A DNA stretch of 64,000 nucleotides, from positions 22,072,001-22,136,000 of the forward strand of contig OZ024743.1 in NCBI GenBank assembly GCA_964016885.1, read 5' to 3'. Numbering within the stretch: position 1 is the stretch's first letter; every line of letters starts with the position of its first letter. Source of the DNA: Eledone cirrhosa. Taxonomy: Eukaryota. Under the pieces are notes generated by a model. The model worked only from the letters and a program-made list of their open reading frames with translations, did not search any database and was not told the origin of the DNA. Positions 27,982 to 41,717 of the stretch are shown here, one piece after another. The position numbers and the translations under genes were made by a program.

Positions 27982-30388
27982 ATTCTTCTAACTAAGAGAT
28001 GAAGGCTACTCTTGTTGCATAACTAGTACAGCTGTCACTCCCAATCGAGTATGACTTGATAATATTTACCATAATTTTGCTTAGGATTGTAGGGGCCAAT
28101 GTACTCTTGAGCAAACACAGATCTACTCTCAGGCCTCCCTCCTCTCATTCAGCAAACCGTCCAGGATATGAAAGCTGGAATGAGAGAGAGAGCTGCACCA
28201 GCTTTTGACTGAAAGAATAAAAGTCAAAATGGATCTTGGCAGGATTTGAACTTGTCACATGAGACTCAATTGAAAGCTAAAGAAACGAGTCTACATCTTC
28301 AAATAGTAAGAACAAAAGTTTGCAAAATTCTGCTTGAAACATTTATTTTCTCCACTTCTTCATAACAAATTAATTCATTCCACTTTACAAACATTTAAAA
28401 ATGATTTGTTTGTTATTGATACTTAACTTATTGATTACCAACGAAATGAAAAATCAAAAGCAGTGCTGGCTGGAATTGAACTCAGATCAGAGCATGGCAA
28501 GACTAAATATTATATGGCTTATGGTATGGCATTCTACTCTTGCTGTCAAATTCTCTGGACTTGTATAAATGAATAATGTGAATAGTAATGGATAAAATTC
28601 TCAGACACTTTTCTAGTAATCTATTTCTAATAATCTATTTTTATTAAACTGTTTATATCGACCAATTTCTAATCTATTTTTATTAATCTAATTCTATTGA
28701 TCTGTTTTCCTAAATCTATTTATATTGATGTTTATTTATTTATTTATTTGTATTGATTTTCTATTTCTATTGATTAACTTCTGTTTAATTCTATGAAGGA
28801 ATACTGTTCTTGCAATATCTTGGTTAGTACTTCCTCCTCGGTTATTCTTCACTGAATCCAGACAAAAGCTATCTGATAGATCAATAAACTTCCTCTTGCT
28901 GATAACTTCCAATCCTTGGCTCATTGATAGCCTGTATGTATCATTGCTTTGCTTCTTCTAACTTAACTACTATGGCCTTTGCCTCACCAAGCCTTCTAAT
29001 TCTATGTATATAAAATATTTCCCAAAACACAAGTACTGCTTCATTTTTCTTAGCATTTCAACTCATTCTCTAAATGTCCTTCCGAAACACCAGATAAATA
29101 CATAAATATTTATATGGGGGTGTTGCAGTTTGCTTGAAGCATCGTGGAAAGTTTAGAAAATAGTATTTTTTCAGAGGGCTACAGCATAATACAAACAGGA
29201 TATTAATTATTAAATATGACAATTACGAAGTTGATAACATTTTTCCTTGGAGGTGTTTAATTAGTCCTTAATATTTCAGGATATATTTCCATCAGTTCTT
29301 ATTTACAGCTCTTCTTTCTTTCTAGAACACCTTATATTTTATGTATTCTTATCTAATTATGGAATAAAAATGAAATAGCTAAGGTTTTGTTATTGTTTAG
29401 CCCTAGGTCAGTCCTGATCAAATAGATCTCAGATCAATGATTCTAACTGTTAGGATTCTCATTCTGTATATCAAGTACTCCTTCTTTTTTAAGACAGTTG
29501 CAGTAGAGTGCAATTTAAGGGAGATTTGGCTGCTACATCTAGCAAGTTGAGTGACAGACATAGAGGCTCTCACATTGGCTCAAAATCAGAAATTCAAGTC
29601 TAGTGCAAGTGTTTTGTTGTATTTTGTACTTTTTTTAATTTATGCATTTTCCCGTGGGGGGGGGGGGGGGCATTACTTCACTTCAGCTATCTATTGGGAA
29701 TATGTAGCAAATCATTTAGGAATATTACCTGAGATTAACTGGTGTCTTATCTAAGGGGAGATTTATCTCTCATCCTTTTCTTATCAAGTTCTAATCTACA
29801 AAAGTTCCCTGGAGTTTGAGAAAATGAAGCAATTCCTTTTTTTTATATTTCTATTCTGAAGGTTCATTTCTTTTAAGACAGTCTGTGCTTTAGTTCAATT
29901 CAACAAGAAAAGAAAAAGAAACTATTATAGAGTAAAAACATGCAAAAGAAAAATTAAAAAAGAAAGAGAAATCAATGGAATATGTATGATAGAATCTATG
30001 TCATTGGAATTCTATGGCAGATCCTTGATTTTAGAAATATGTTGATAAACTTTGTTTTAAAACAATATAAATAATTTCAATCCAAGAGTAATGTACTAAT
30101 GTATGTGTCTTATGTATAACCACATATAAAAACAATAAAACATTAACTGAATGAGTTGTGAATACGTATAAGTAGAGTATAGAAGTACTTTCTATAAGGA
30201 AAAGTTTTGTTTGTAGTCTGCTTCGTCAGATAAAATTTTAAAGTCAATCTTTTCTCTGTTTATTAAATTCTCAGGAATGTAGTAAATTTAACAGAATGAG
30301 TGAAGAAAATGATTTCTTTTTCAATATTTGGTTTGTGACTGTGAATTCTGATTTCTAATTTTGTCAGCTTTTCTGTTTGTCTCTAATA

Positions 30389-30638
30389 TAGACCTGCCAA
30401 CCTCTAAAAGCCTAAATGTAGAGTACCATGAAAAAAACAGTCCAAAACTTGGAAGAAATGAGGCGAAATTGGGGAGAAATGAGGCAAAGTGGGGAGAAAT
30501 GAGGCAAAGTGGGGAGAAATGAGGCAAAGTGGGGAGTTTTTATATAATGAAAGCTATACCCACAAGAGAAGACATCAATCAACCCAGCCTAAAGTGGGTG
30601 AAGATCTCCCCATCAGACGAGAAAAGTTGACAGGTCTG
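30389..30638. mobile_element. hAT-like MITE with internal 20-bp tandem repeat
   Basis: TIR agacctgccaac/gttgacaggtct; ctaatata on both flanks (overlapping the left TIR); gaaatgaggcaaagtgggga x4. Confidence 0.65.
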
Positions 30639-31247
30639 CTAATATAACAGGGAAAGCGAATGTTAAATGATGATGATGATAATACTCGTTATTATACAAG
30701 GGTTATAAATGAAATGCATTTCAGTAGAATTTTACAGCTTTCTACATTTTAGTTTCAAATCCTTCCATGGTCAACTTTACCTTTCATCCTTTCTGGGGTT
30801 GATAAAACAAAGTACCAGTAAAGTACTAGAGTCAATACAATTGGCTTTCTCCTTCTCCTGAAAATTGTTGGCCTTGTGCCTAAATTAGAAACCATTATAC
30901 AAAAGTTAATTATATTGACTATAGTGAGACACTTATAAGAAAAAAATTGATGTTGCATTTAGCGAAAAACAATCAATAGTTCAATACTACCTTCCCCTCC
31001 TCCTCTTGTTCCCAGTTAACCTTGTAGAACCCACAAATATCAGAATATCACAGACTATCTCAGTATGTGAACATTTTTTTTTCAATACATTAACCTAGAA
31101 TATTATTTCCTAAATTCTAGATAACATACTCTTAAAACCTTGCATAATTGAACAAAAACTTCTGAATCCATTCTTCATGTGGAAAAAGAAGAAAATATAT
31201 AGATCAGAGACAGCATGCTGTAAAATACTTCACCTTCAGCATCAGTG

Positions 31248-31314
31248 TCATCATCATCATCATCATCAATATCATCATCATCAATATCATCATCATCATC
31301 ATCAGCAGCAGCAG

Positions 31315-31373
<59 letters not shown>

Positions 31374-31545
31374 ACATCATCATATCTATAGTCAGCATTA
31401 CCTACATCATTTTAATAACTATTATCATAATATTTGCCCTCATTATCATGATCATTATCCTTCTTCTCCTTCTCCTCCTCCTCCTCCTCCTCCTCCTCAT
31501 CATCATCATCATCATCATCATTCTCATCTGCAGCAGCAGCAACAG
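31248..31545. repeat. (CAT)n/(CCT)n/(CAG)n compound repeat
   Basis: Direct reading. Confidence 0.9.
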
Positions 31546-31764
31546 TTGCAGTGAAACCTAACTTTATTTGATATTTTTTATTTGATTTTTGCTTTAAGTT
31601 AATGAAGTGAAAAACAGTGTTACATTTGGAATAACACAAATATTTTTCCCCAACAAATAACAAGGTTATTTTTGTCATTAGTCTTTTATAAATACATTTT
31701 ATTTATTTACTTTTGAAACACACACAGGCAAAAACTAATTAAATCTATTTACTTCTTGTCGTTG

Positions 31765-31950
31765 TTTAACCTCAGGCCAGGCCTGATCAAGCAGTCCTAT
31801 GATCAAAAATCAACCTGACTTTTTTTCCTGACTTAGTTTTATCCGATTTACACTATCCAATGTGTCCTTCCATTTTTTAAATGATAGAGTGTGATTTGAG
31901 GGAGGTTTAGCTGTTATGTCTAGCATTTTAAGCAGCTATGTAGAGGCTTT
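31765..31950. repeat. Old unclassified dispersed repeat (gtgtgatttgagggagatttggctg core)
   Basis: Similar segments at ~20700, 21950, 24440, 29400-29570 and 49250-49350, and in reverse at ~46660-46830. Confidence 0.6.
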
Positions 31951-32117
31951 CTTGATAGCTTGTTATTTACTTGTTTGTTAATTGAAATTGACTCATTTGT
32001 TTTACATATATTTTTACTTAAATGTTTTAATTGTTTATAAAATTTGCTTCTGGGTCACAATGATTCAGTTTAGAGTTAATTGTTTATCTTATTTTCTATA
32101 TAGTGCTGGTGGTGGTG

Positions 32118-32161
<44 letters not shown>

Positions 32162-32824
32162 TGTAGTAGTATCTTCAAATTATCGAAATAAACAATGATT
32201 TCCTCCATTAGCTGTAGGACACACACTCTTTGGTAGACAAAATATAGTGAATTCAATGTTAGTGTTATCTACCTTACATGTTACTTCACAAGGAATGGAA
32301 GGTCGAATCACCATTGATGGGGTTTGAACTAAGAATCATGAAACAAAATATAGTAATACATTTAGTTAGTCATTCTATTATGTCGGCCATTTTCATGATA
32401 GGAAGGGCGACACAAAGGGTGAAGAGAGCTCTTCAGCTGTGTGAAAGACACATCAACCTCCCTAGTGTTGGTGCTACAATAAAATGTCTTCTATCCAACT
32501 GATTTAGATACCCTGGGTGTAGTCTAGGATGCCAGTGGGAGCAACACCAGCAACAACCCAGATGTCAGAGTAATACTCCAGTCAAAAGAGAATTTATTTA
32601 ACCTAGCAGAATGAAAGATAAATTTGACTCAAATAGGATTTGCTCTTCATATCAAGAAAGACAAAATGAAGGTAATTAATTGGTCTCTTTAGCTATATGT
32701 ACTGCCATAGAAATATTAAAATAGTGATATCTTATATTTTATGTTCAAATTGAATCTCACTAGTCTGGGATGATCAGCAAAGGTTATGGGTAAATAAATA
32801 AATACTATCCCAGTACTAGGACTA

Positions 32825-32882
<58 letters not shown>

Positions 32883-32928
32883 AAGAATTCAGCTGCTGTC
32901 AACTGGAGGGGAATGGGTTCCAGCAAGT

Positions 32929-33076
32929 TTAACCCTTTAGCATTTAAACCAGCTGTATCCAGCCAGAATTCTCTCAACTCTTTCTGTTCAAACCAGCCAA
33001 AACTGGCTGCTCATACTGATGCTAAGGTAATGTTCTCAATTGTAAATATAGAGTAATGCAAATGTTAATGAGTTAA
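32929..33076. mobile_element. piggyBac-type MITE (family A), internally deleted
   Basis: TTAA ccctttagc ... gagTTAA. Confidence 0.65.
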
Positions 33077-33582
33077 GGGCAGTAGATTGGCAGAATTGTT
33101 AGAGTATCAGACAAAGTGCTTTGTGGTATTTCTTTTGGCCCTTTATATTCTGGGTTAAAATCCCACTGAGGTAAATGTTTATCATTCCAAGGTCAATAAA
33201 ATAAAATACCAGTCAAGTACTGGGGATGATTTTGCTGGCTTTACATTCCTCCAAAATATACCCTGTGGACAAGATATCAAAATTATTTTTTCATAAAAAA
33301 ACAGCCAATGATAACTGCTGCATTTGCAGCCTCTCCAGTGCACAGGGGGTCCTTCTTAAGGTGTAACACCCGCATTTTAATTTGGTAAAGAAAAACGACA
33401 GTCTGTGAAATGAGGACACCAGTGCCCTCAACAACAACCAATGTGAAATCTGTTAATTAATGACTGGTATTTGTTCATCTTCCACTCCTATCCTTTGCAC
33501 TTGGCTACTTTTGGGTTTATAACTAAATCAATAAGGTAGGGCCATTGAGACACTTTTTTAATCATTATAATTTAGGCACAAA

Positions 33583-33767
33583 GGGCAGTGAGTTGGCAGT
33601 ATCGGTAGAGGGTTGGACACCATGCTTTCCAGCATAGTTACGTGCCTTTACGGTCTGAGTTCAAATCCCGCCAAGGTTAACTTTGCCTTTCATCCTTACG
33701 GGGTTGATAAAATAAAGTACCAGTAATGTACTGGGTAATTGCTGGCTTTGTTCCAAAAGTAGAAACA
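33583..33767 (+). mobile_element. Young tRNA-derived SINE nested in the tail of an older antisense SINE
   Basis: 19-bp TSD attataatttaggcacaaa at 33564-33582 and 33768-33786. Confidence 0.9.
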
Positions 33768-35679
33768 ATTATAATTTAGGCACAAAACCAATAATATGTG
33801 GAGAGGAGAAAGTTGATTATATTAACCCCAGTATATCACTGAGGTTTTACTTTATTGAGTCCAGAGTCATGAAAGGCAAAGTTGACCATGGCAGGATGTA
33901 AACTCTAACTGCAAAGAGCTGCAAAGAATACTATTAAGCATTTGCCTGATGCTCTATCAACTCTACCAGCCTACCACCCTTGAGGGTCCTTTTAATAAAA
34001 TCATGTGGTGTAGTGGGGTGAGGAAGCTCCCCACAGCATAGCAGGAAGAGAGTCATTGACAGTAACTCCATAATGGTATTTATGTCACATGTATACAGTT
34101 AAATACCAAAGCCAATTTTTAGAATAAAATCAACTTTATAAAAATGATCAAAAGAAAAATCATAATTACACTATTACATAGTATTTAAAGCTTTCTAGTT
34201 AAGCATGAGTTAATAAATCTTATGTCTTGGCAAAGGTCGTAACTAACTGAAATAATTTAATGTTATACACACACACACACACTCAAACCTTATTCGTTTA
34301 TTTCTTGTTAAGTTAATAGTTGTTGAAGTACAAATTTATCTTTTCCTTTATATATATATATGTATATATCTTGTATATTTTATTTGTTTTATTTTCTGTT
34401 TAAATCTATTGGGAAAAAAATCTTCATGTGAAAAACCATTCTCGTCAAAAATCCGCGTCCTGTTTGAAGTGGCAGGTCTGATCAGTGAGCGGATGTTCAC
34501 CAAATGGGATGCCAATAATGAGTTAGCAATCTAAATTTGGAAACTATAAAAGGTGTAGAGCAGTGGTGAAGGGTGGTGGGGTTGGCAGGGAGAACAGGGA
34601 ATAGAATGGTTATTTAAATGATAAAAATCGGCACGACTGCAATAAGCAAGCTGCCTGTAGATTAATAAAAAAAAAATGTTCTTTTTTTTCTTTTTTCTTT
34701 ATCATGCAGCGAACAGATGAACATTATGTGTAGAAAAACAATCCCATTAATTCTAGAATAGTTGTTTTATAAGTTTTTGTTTTTTCTCTCTTTCATATTT
34801 CGTTTTTTTGTCTATGTTTTAATGGGTTCTTTAGGCACCTATTCATACAAACATCACATACATGCATATGCACACATATGCTTTCATATATATATATATA
34901 CACACACACTGAAGACTTTCATTCTCACATATAAAGATGCATTCTTTAGATGCAGTAAAATATGCCTATGTACATACATATAAATATATAGAGATTTGTA
35001 TGTACATACATATGTATGTGTATGTATATTATATATATATATGAAGTAAACTCTCTCTCTCTATATATATATCATCATCATCATCATAGAAAGAGAGAGG
35101 GGGGAGGGAGAGAGAGTTACACACACACATGTGTGCATAGGTATATGTATATATATATTGACGGATGGATGGGTATATATATATATATGCTTATACACAT
35201 ATATTTACACAATATCACAGATTTTCCACATGTTCATGTATGCATGTGCTGCAATCAATAACTTTAATGCCAGAGAAACTTGCTAACTGTGCATAATACT
35301 ACCAGCCAGTTCTGTATGTATATTATATATTTTGTTTTAGTATTGATGTAACTTCTCTTGTTTTAACCATCTTTATCCCTGCTTTAGAATAGGTGCACTG
35401 TATCCTTGCATGTCATAGGTGCAAACAAGAAGGTTTAGTGTTATGAAGGACATCCAGCCATGTAACACTGCATACAACTTCCATGGGTCCCTCAAAGCTA
35501 ACCACTGCTTTAGTATGGAAAATGACCTTAAAATATTTGTGGTTGATTTTGTTGTAACTTACTATTGTTGTCTTATATAAATGTTCATCTAATATAAATG
35601 TAAAAGTATTCTGGTGCTTTGTGCTCTGGGTTGAAATTTTATCAAGGACAACTTTGCTCTCATACTAATCCACTACTAG

Positions 35680-35737
<58 letters not shown>

Positions 35738-36829
35738 CCCTCTCTGTTTCTTAGAAAGAAATAAGCTATGGTCAGAATGGAAGCGGAATGGGTTTCATCA
35801 GGTTTAGATATAGGTGTTGTAGGTCCCTACAACATCTATATGACTCCACAGGGAGTTGAGGACCTAGGAAAAGCACAAATATATACATCTGATCTTATTA
35901 CCAATTATTCAGATTAGACAGAACAATAGAATATCCGAGTAGATAACTTACAAATCTCATTACTTCTATGTAATTTCTGAACTCAAAACCCTGAAACCAC
36001 AAATGTTAAGTTTTCTTTCATCCTTAGAGTTTTCAGTAAAACAAATATCAGTTGTGCATTTGGCTCAACTGACAGAAGCATTTGAATATCAGAGAAAGTG
36101 CCTTGCTGTATTTATTCTGACTCTTTGCATTCTGCAGTTTGTCTAAGATGAGGGAAAGAGTGTTTGAGGACTCTGCTCCCATGACCCTCTCAGCATAACT
36201 GATTCTTTGTGTTCTTATGGTTCTCTAGCACTAGGTAAAGGAGGTGTCTCAGCATCAGACATATTGCCTTAGTATTTATTCTGATTCACTGCATTCAGAA
36301 CATCATCTAAGACTAGTGAAGGGAGGCAGGGAGGAAGAAACCACAAATCATTGGTTAGTGAAGTAGCTGACACCATATCAAGATATTAAATTATCCGCTG
36401 ACAGAAGTCCTGACTTAAATGCTTGCAATAGACTAGACTGCTGAAGACACTCAAGGGCCTTTAGCAGGTGTTGTTCAACTAGGTGATGGACTGCACCTAC
36501 CAACTAAGAAGTGAAACAGGTTGACAAGCTTCCACACATTTTCTGTTTATCCAGTTTCAATCTCAAAATTTGGATCAATTCACAGCTATGGTAAATGACA
36601 CTTGCTCAATGTGTTATGAAGTAGGATCAAACTTAAGTGAATTTCTTATCAACATTACCATGTCTCCATCCAGTATAAATTATTGCTATCAATTCAAACT
36701 AGCTCGTAAAATTTACCTTTCATTGTCTCAAAGTTCTCAAATAATTATTAGGGCATTTATAGCAGTCATTTTAGTTGACCTTTTCTCTGATCTAATAAAT
36801 TCTCAGTCTTGCATCAATGGAAGAAATCA

Positions 36830-37182
36830 ATTTTACTTATCTGGGTTAGATTTGAGAGATCACAGCTCTCATACTATGGGCATGCCTCTGATACTATTAG
36901 AATGCCTCAGGAAAGAAACGCTGCAGAGATTAAACGGCCAAAACCAACCAGCAGGAGACCTAGGGATAGACCCGGAGCAAGATGGTTGGATAACATCCAA
37001 GAGTTTGGCTGGTCATGCTTGGATCAGTTGAATGTGGTTGCTTCTGACAGGACCTGCTGGAAAGAGTGTTTGAGGACTCTGCTCCCATGACCCTCTCAGG
37101 AATAATTGGACGAAGAAGAAGAAGTGTTTGAGGACTCTGCCCCCACAACCCTCTCAGGAATAATTGGATGAAGAAGGAGAAG
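36830..37182 (+). mobile_element. RTE LINE (family 2) 3' end with tandemly duplicated tail
   Basis: RSQLSYYGH...RPRDRPGARWLDNI; agtgtttgaggactctgc...(gaa)n occurs twice. Confidence 0.8.
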
Positions 37183-39614
37183 TTTGTAACACAGTCAATG
37201 TCTTCTAGATGAAAGATAGAAAGAGAGTGATAGAGATAAAGAGAGATAGAAGAATCAACATTGAAAGGATAAAAGTTAAAGTTGACCTTGGCAGGATTTG
37301 AATGCAGAATGAGGTGATCAGGAAAATATTCAATGTATTTTTAATCTAACACTCTAACAACTCTGCCAAATCACCACCATTTTAATTCTCAGTTAAATCT
37401 AATAATATTATTAACTAAACCACTGATGCTTGTACATACACCAATGGCCAAGTGAATAAGAATTCATTTGATTAAACCAGAAGGTTACATTTGCCATTCA
37501 TTCTTTCATCATCATCATCATCATCATCATCTTCACCGTTTTACGTCCATTTTTCCACACTAGCATGGGTTAGACAAGTTGTCCAGTTGTAGGCAATGCT
37601 AGGTCATGAGACCATGTCATGCTCATACAGAACTGATTTTGGCTTGGTTTCTACAGCTGGATGTCCTTCCTAATGCCAACCACATTTACAGTGACAACTT
37701 GGTGCTTTTTGTCGTGGTGCCTACATGACCACTTTAAAGTGTAGGCTGGGGGCTCCCCTGGATGTATACTTCGGCCAGTCCTCATGGGAGTTGTATGGGA
37801 GGGTGGTGCTACAGAGCGGTTTAATTTGCTATAATTCTCTCCCCTCCTCTCTCCAACAAATTTACAGTCTTATATTAATGTAAACAAATTTTATCATTTA
37901 TTTATAGTAAAGGATCAAATTTGTCTTTGTATCAAATTTGTCTTTGATCAAATATTTACTGGTTTAAAAAAAAAAAAAGAAAGAAAAAATGTAAAACAAT
38001 AAAAAAAATTTTAATAACTTTTTATTTAGTAAATTCTTCTACCAAGGCTGCTCCAATAGAAAGAAATTTGATTACAGCAGTAGATGGATAGTAGTTTGTT
38101 TTTTTATAGTTGAGTTAATAATATTTTAGTATAAAATAGTTGAATCAGGTAGTTCATAAATTTCCACCATTTTTTATGCTGATGTTGTTATCAATTTCTG
38201 CAATATCGATTAGCCTCAATTTTGAATGACCAATGAAAACTGCTCATTTACTAGATTATTTGTTTTAGAATTATTAAGTTTAGTATAAACTGCTTCTGTT
38301 ACACATTTCAAGCCTCAATGTTTAGAGCTAACCAAAAAGATTGCATTTATTTAATGTCTTTTATCATACAATAGGTGATGATTTAGCAGAGTCACTAAAG
38401 CATAGGACAAATTACCTGGTGATATTTCTTCCAGCTCTCTGTATTCTAAGTTCAAATAATGCCAATGTTTTATTCATTCCTCTCCTCTTTGATCCCATGA
38501 CTCCTGCTGGAATTGTAGGGGTGTCATAGTGCCATATGGCATTTTGTAGGCACTTTTGTAGGCATTATGGTGGTGCCCATCCCTCTCCAGGTTTGAACAA
38601 AGCAGATTTCTTCCAGAAAAGGACAGAAAGTGAGAGAGAGGAAATGAGAAAGAGGTATAGAGGAATAATCAACCATGGTACTGGACTGGTACTTTTTTTA
38701 TAGACTGGTACTTTTTTTATAGAGCTCAAATGGATGATAGACAAAGTTGATTTTGGTAGGATTTGAACTCAGAGTGCAGTGAGCTGGAACAAATTTAGGA
38801 AAACATTCTATCTCATGTTCTAAAGACTCTGTCAAATTGATACCTATTTTATTCGTTCATCAGTTTAACAAATGAAGAACCAGTCTTGAGCAATAGATTA
38901 GTGGAATTGTTTGAATGGCAGACACTATATAATGTGGTATTTGTTCTATTTCTTGCATATCTTTAGTGAAGTCCATTTTGCTGTGAGCATTCAGGTCTGG
39001 TCACTGGATTGAGGATTCCTTCTTTCCCCACTTTTTCTCACTCGGAAAAGGTTATAGGTGCTGTCCTTTCTCCTTACTAAGTGATAAAAAATATTCAACT
39101 GAACACATTTTACTGAAATAAATCTATAGAAAAGTGTTTTATTACAATATTGAAATCGATAATGAATTGAATGTCTTTTCTTCTTATATCCTGCATTTAA
39201 CATCAACATTCTAAAATAATAAAGAGACCTGAACCACTTCATTAAATTTGTATCTTTAAATATTTTCTTTTAAAGGCTTTTGGTGTTTGTGGCTTTTCAC
39301 AAAGCCAAAACTTTTCAAACATCATGCAGTACTACTCCTTATTAGAATTCCTGTATCAAGCTCAATTGACAAAGTCATTGTATATTCCAATGGATCTTCC
39401 TTTTGTAGCTTTTCTAATGATTCTTTGATGACAGCAAACATTCTCTCATCTTCATGTAAAGATCATGCAGTTGGTTGGTTTTAATAAAGACCTTTTGCTT
39501 CCTCGAAATGTTTAATAAAACACATTATGGCTCTTAAACTGAATAGACGGGTATGAAGACTATGGTTCTTCCTATAACCATAATAGTTCTATAGCACAGT
39601 CAAGGATAATACAA

Positions 39615-39874
39615 TTAACCCTTTTGATATCAACTCTCATTAAACTGCCCTTGGTTCTTTGATATAAAGCTTTTTATTTTTTAGAGTTAGTATTTAAATT
39701 TAAACTTTCCATAAAAATTCTATGTAAGAAATTTTTGTTAAGTTTCTAAGGCCAACTTAATCATGAAAACATAAATTATATTACAAAATTCCTCCAAATT
39801 CTTGATTATTTTCAAAATAAATAGAAAATCACAGGTGGATCATTATAATAGAAATGTGGTAGTAAAAGGGTTAA
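39615..39874. mobile_element. piggyBac-type MITE (family B)
   Basis: TTAA ccctttt ... aaaaggg TTAA. Confidence 0.6.
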
Positions 39875-40641
39875 ACAATCTCTAGATAAAATTTCAAATT
39901 TACATTAACCCTTAAATAAGATAAAAACTCTACATCAATATGGACATAGGCATGGTCGTGTGGTTAAGAAGTTTGCCTCACAAACTACATAACTGTAGAT
40001 TTGCTTCCACTATATGGCACATGCCACATAGTCTTCAGTTTTTCAAAGCAATGTGAGTGGAAATGAGTCAACAGAAACTTTGTCCAGAAGTCTGTCATAT
40101 ACATATATGTATTTTTCACCAATAAATATATCAGCAAAGAATGTAAACATCGATGTGAAATCTCAGAAGACCAATCAATGCTTTAAGAGATACTTGTTCT
40201 GTATTAAATTATAAACACTTGTTATTCACGCCATCAGAAATAAAGCATACCAGGGATTATCCCATTGAAAACCTTTATCCAATGATGTTATTGTTCACAA
40301 TAAAGAAAATAAATAATTACATATATAAATAGAAAGATAAATAAATATATTATAAAACTATTATGTGTAAAATTCTGATTAGAGCATGAAAATAGAATTA
40401 ATTAATTTACCTATTTTGGCTACTTCTGTATATAAGTATGTATCTATATAATTATGTGCTTTTATTTGAGTTTACATAACTTGCTTTCAAGGTTCATTCT
40501 GCTCCTTTTGATTTTGCTGACAGTAGCTTAAACTTTTACCTGGATTTACTGTGAGGTAAGGTGCATTAGGAATTGCATGAGAGTTCATAGCTGCATATGG
40601 TAATATTTGTATGAAGCTTATAGTATTTTGTTTTGGTGTCT

Positions 40642-41717
40642 TTGGCAGTATCAGTAGAGGGTCGGACGCCATGCTTTCCAGCATACTTATGTCCCTTTAC
40701 AGTCTGAGTTCAAATCCCGCCGAAGTTAACTTTGCCTTTCATCCTTACGGGGTCGATAAAATAAAGTACCAGTAATACACTGGGTAATTGCTGGCCTTGT
40801 GCCAAAAGTAGAAACAATTATTATTAGCAGACATGGAAGTGGATTGGCAGACAGGTAGAGCATTAGGCAATATGTTTCATGGCATAGAATATTGGCCCTT
40901 TACATTCTGATTTCAAATCTCACAAAGGTTGTCTTTGTCTTTCACCCTTAAGGGGTCGATAAAATAAAGCACCAGTAATGCACTGGGGTCAATTTAATCG
41001 ACCCACCCAACAAATTGCTAGCCTTTTGCCTATAGTAGAAATTATTATTATTATTAGCAGAATCTCATGGCTCTTTATGTTCTGAGCTCAAATCCCACTG
41101 AGGTTAACTCACAGGGTCAATAAATTAAAGTATCAGTAACGCACTGGGATTGATTTAATCAACTTTCCCGTTCCTTTCAAATTACTAGCCTTGTGCCTAA
41201 ACAGTAGATTGGCAGTATCGGTAGAGCGTCGGATGCCATGCTTTGCAGCAAAGAGTTACGGTCCTTTATGATCTGAGTTCAAATCCCGCCAAGGTTAACT
41301 TTGCCTTACGGGGTTAATAAAATAAAGTACCAGTAATACACTGGGATAATTGTTGGCCTTGTGCCAAAAGTAGAAACAATTATTAATAATGGAATCTCAT
41401 GACTCCATAGGTTCTGAGCTCAAATTCTGCTGTGTTAGCTTACAGGGTCAATAAAACAAAGTACTGGTAATGTACTGGGGTCAAATTAATCGACTATCCC
41501 TTTCTTTTCAAATTGCTGGCCTTGTGTCTAAATCAGAAACCGTTATTAATATTAGAATCTCATGAAACATTACGTTCTGAGTTCAAATTCCACCAATGTC
41601 AACATTACATTTCATCCTAATATAGAGTGCCAGTTAAGTACTGGCATCATTATAATCAACTTTCCCCTTCATTCACATTGCTGGCCATATGCTAATGCTA
41701 GAAAGAATTATTATTAT
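40642..41717 (+). mobile_element. Head-to-tail cluster of about six tRNA-derived SINE copies
   Basis: Six B-box-like gagttcaaat motifs, each followed by SINE body and gaaa..att tail. Confidence 0.85.

Noticed and set aside
34430-34660. CCAAT (34513) plus TATAAAAG (34545) as a host promoter
   Set aside because: Short motifs are expected by chance in AT-rich DNA; no linked exon recognised
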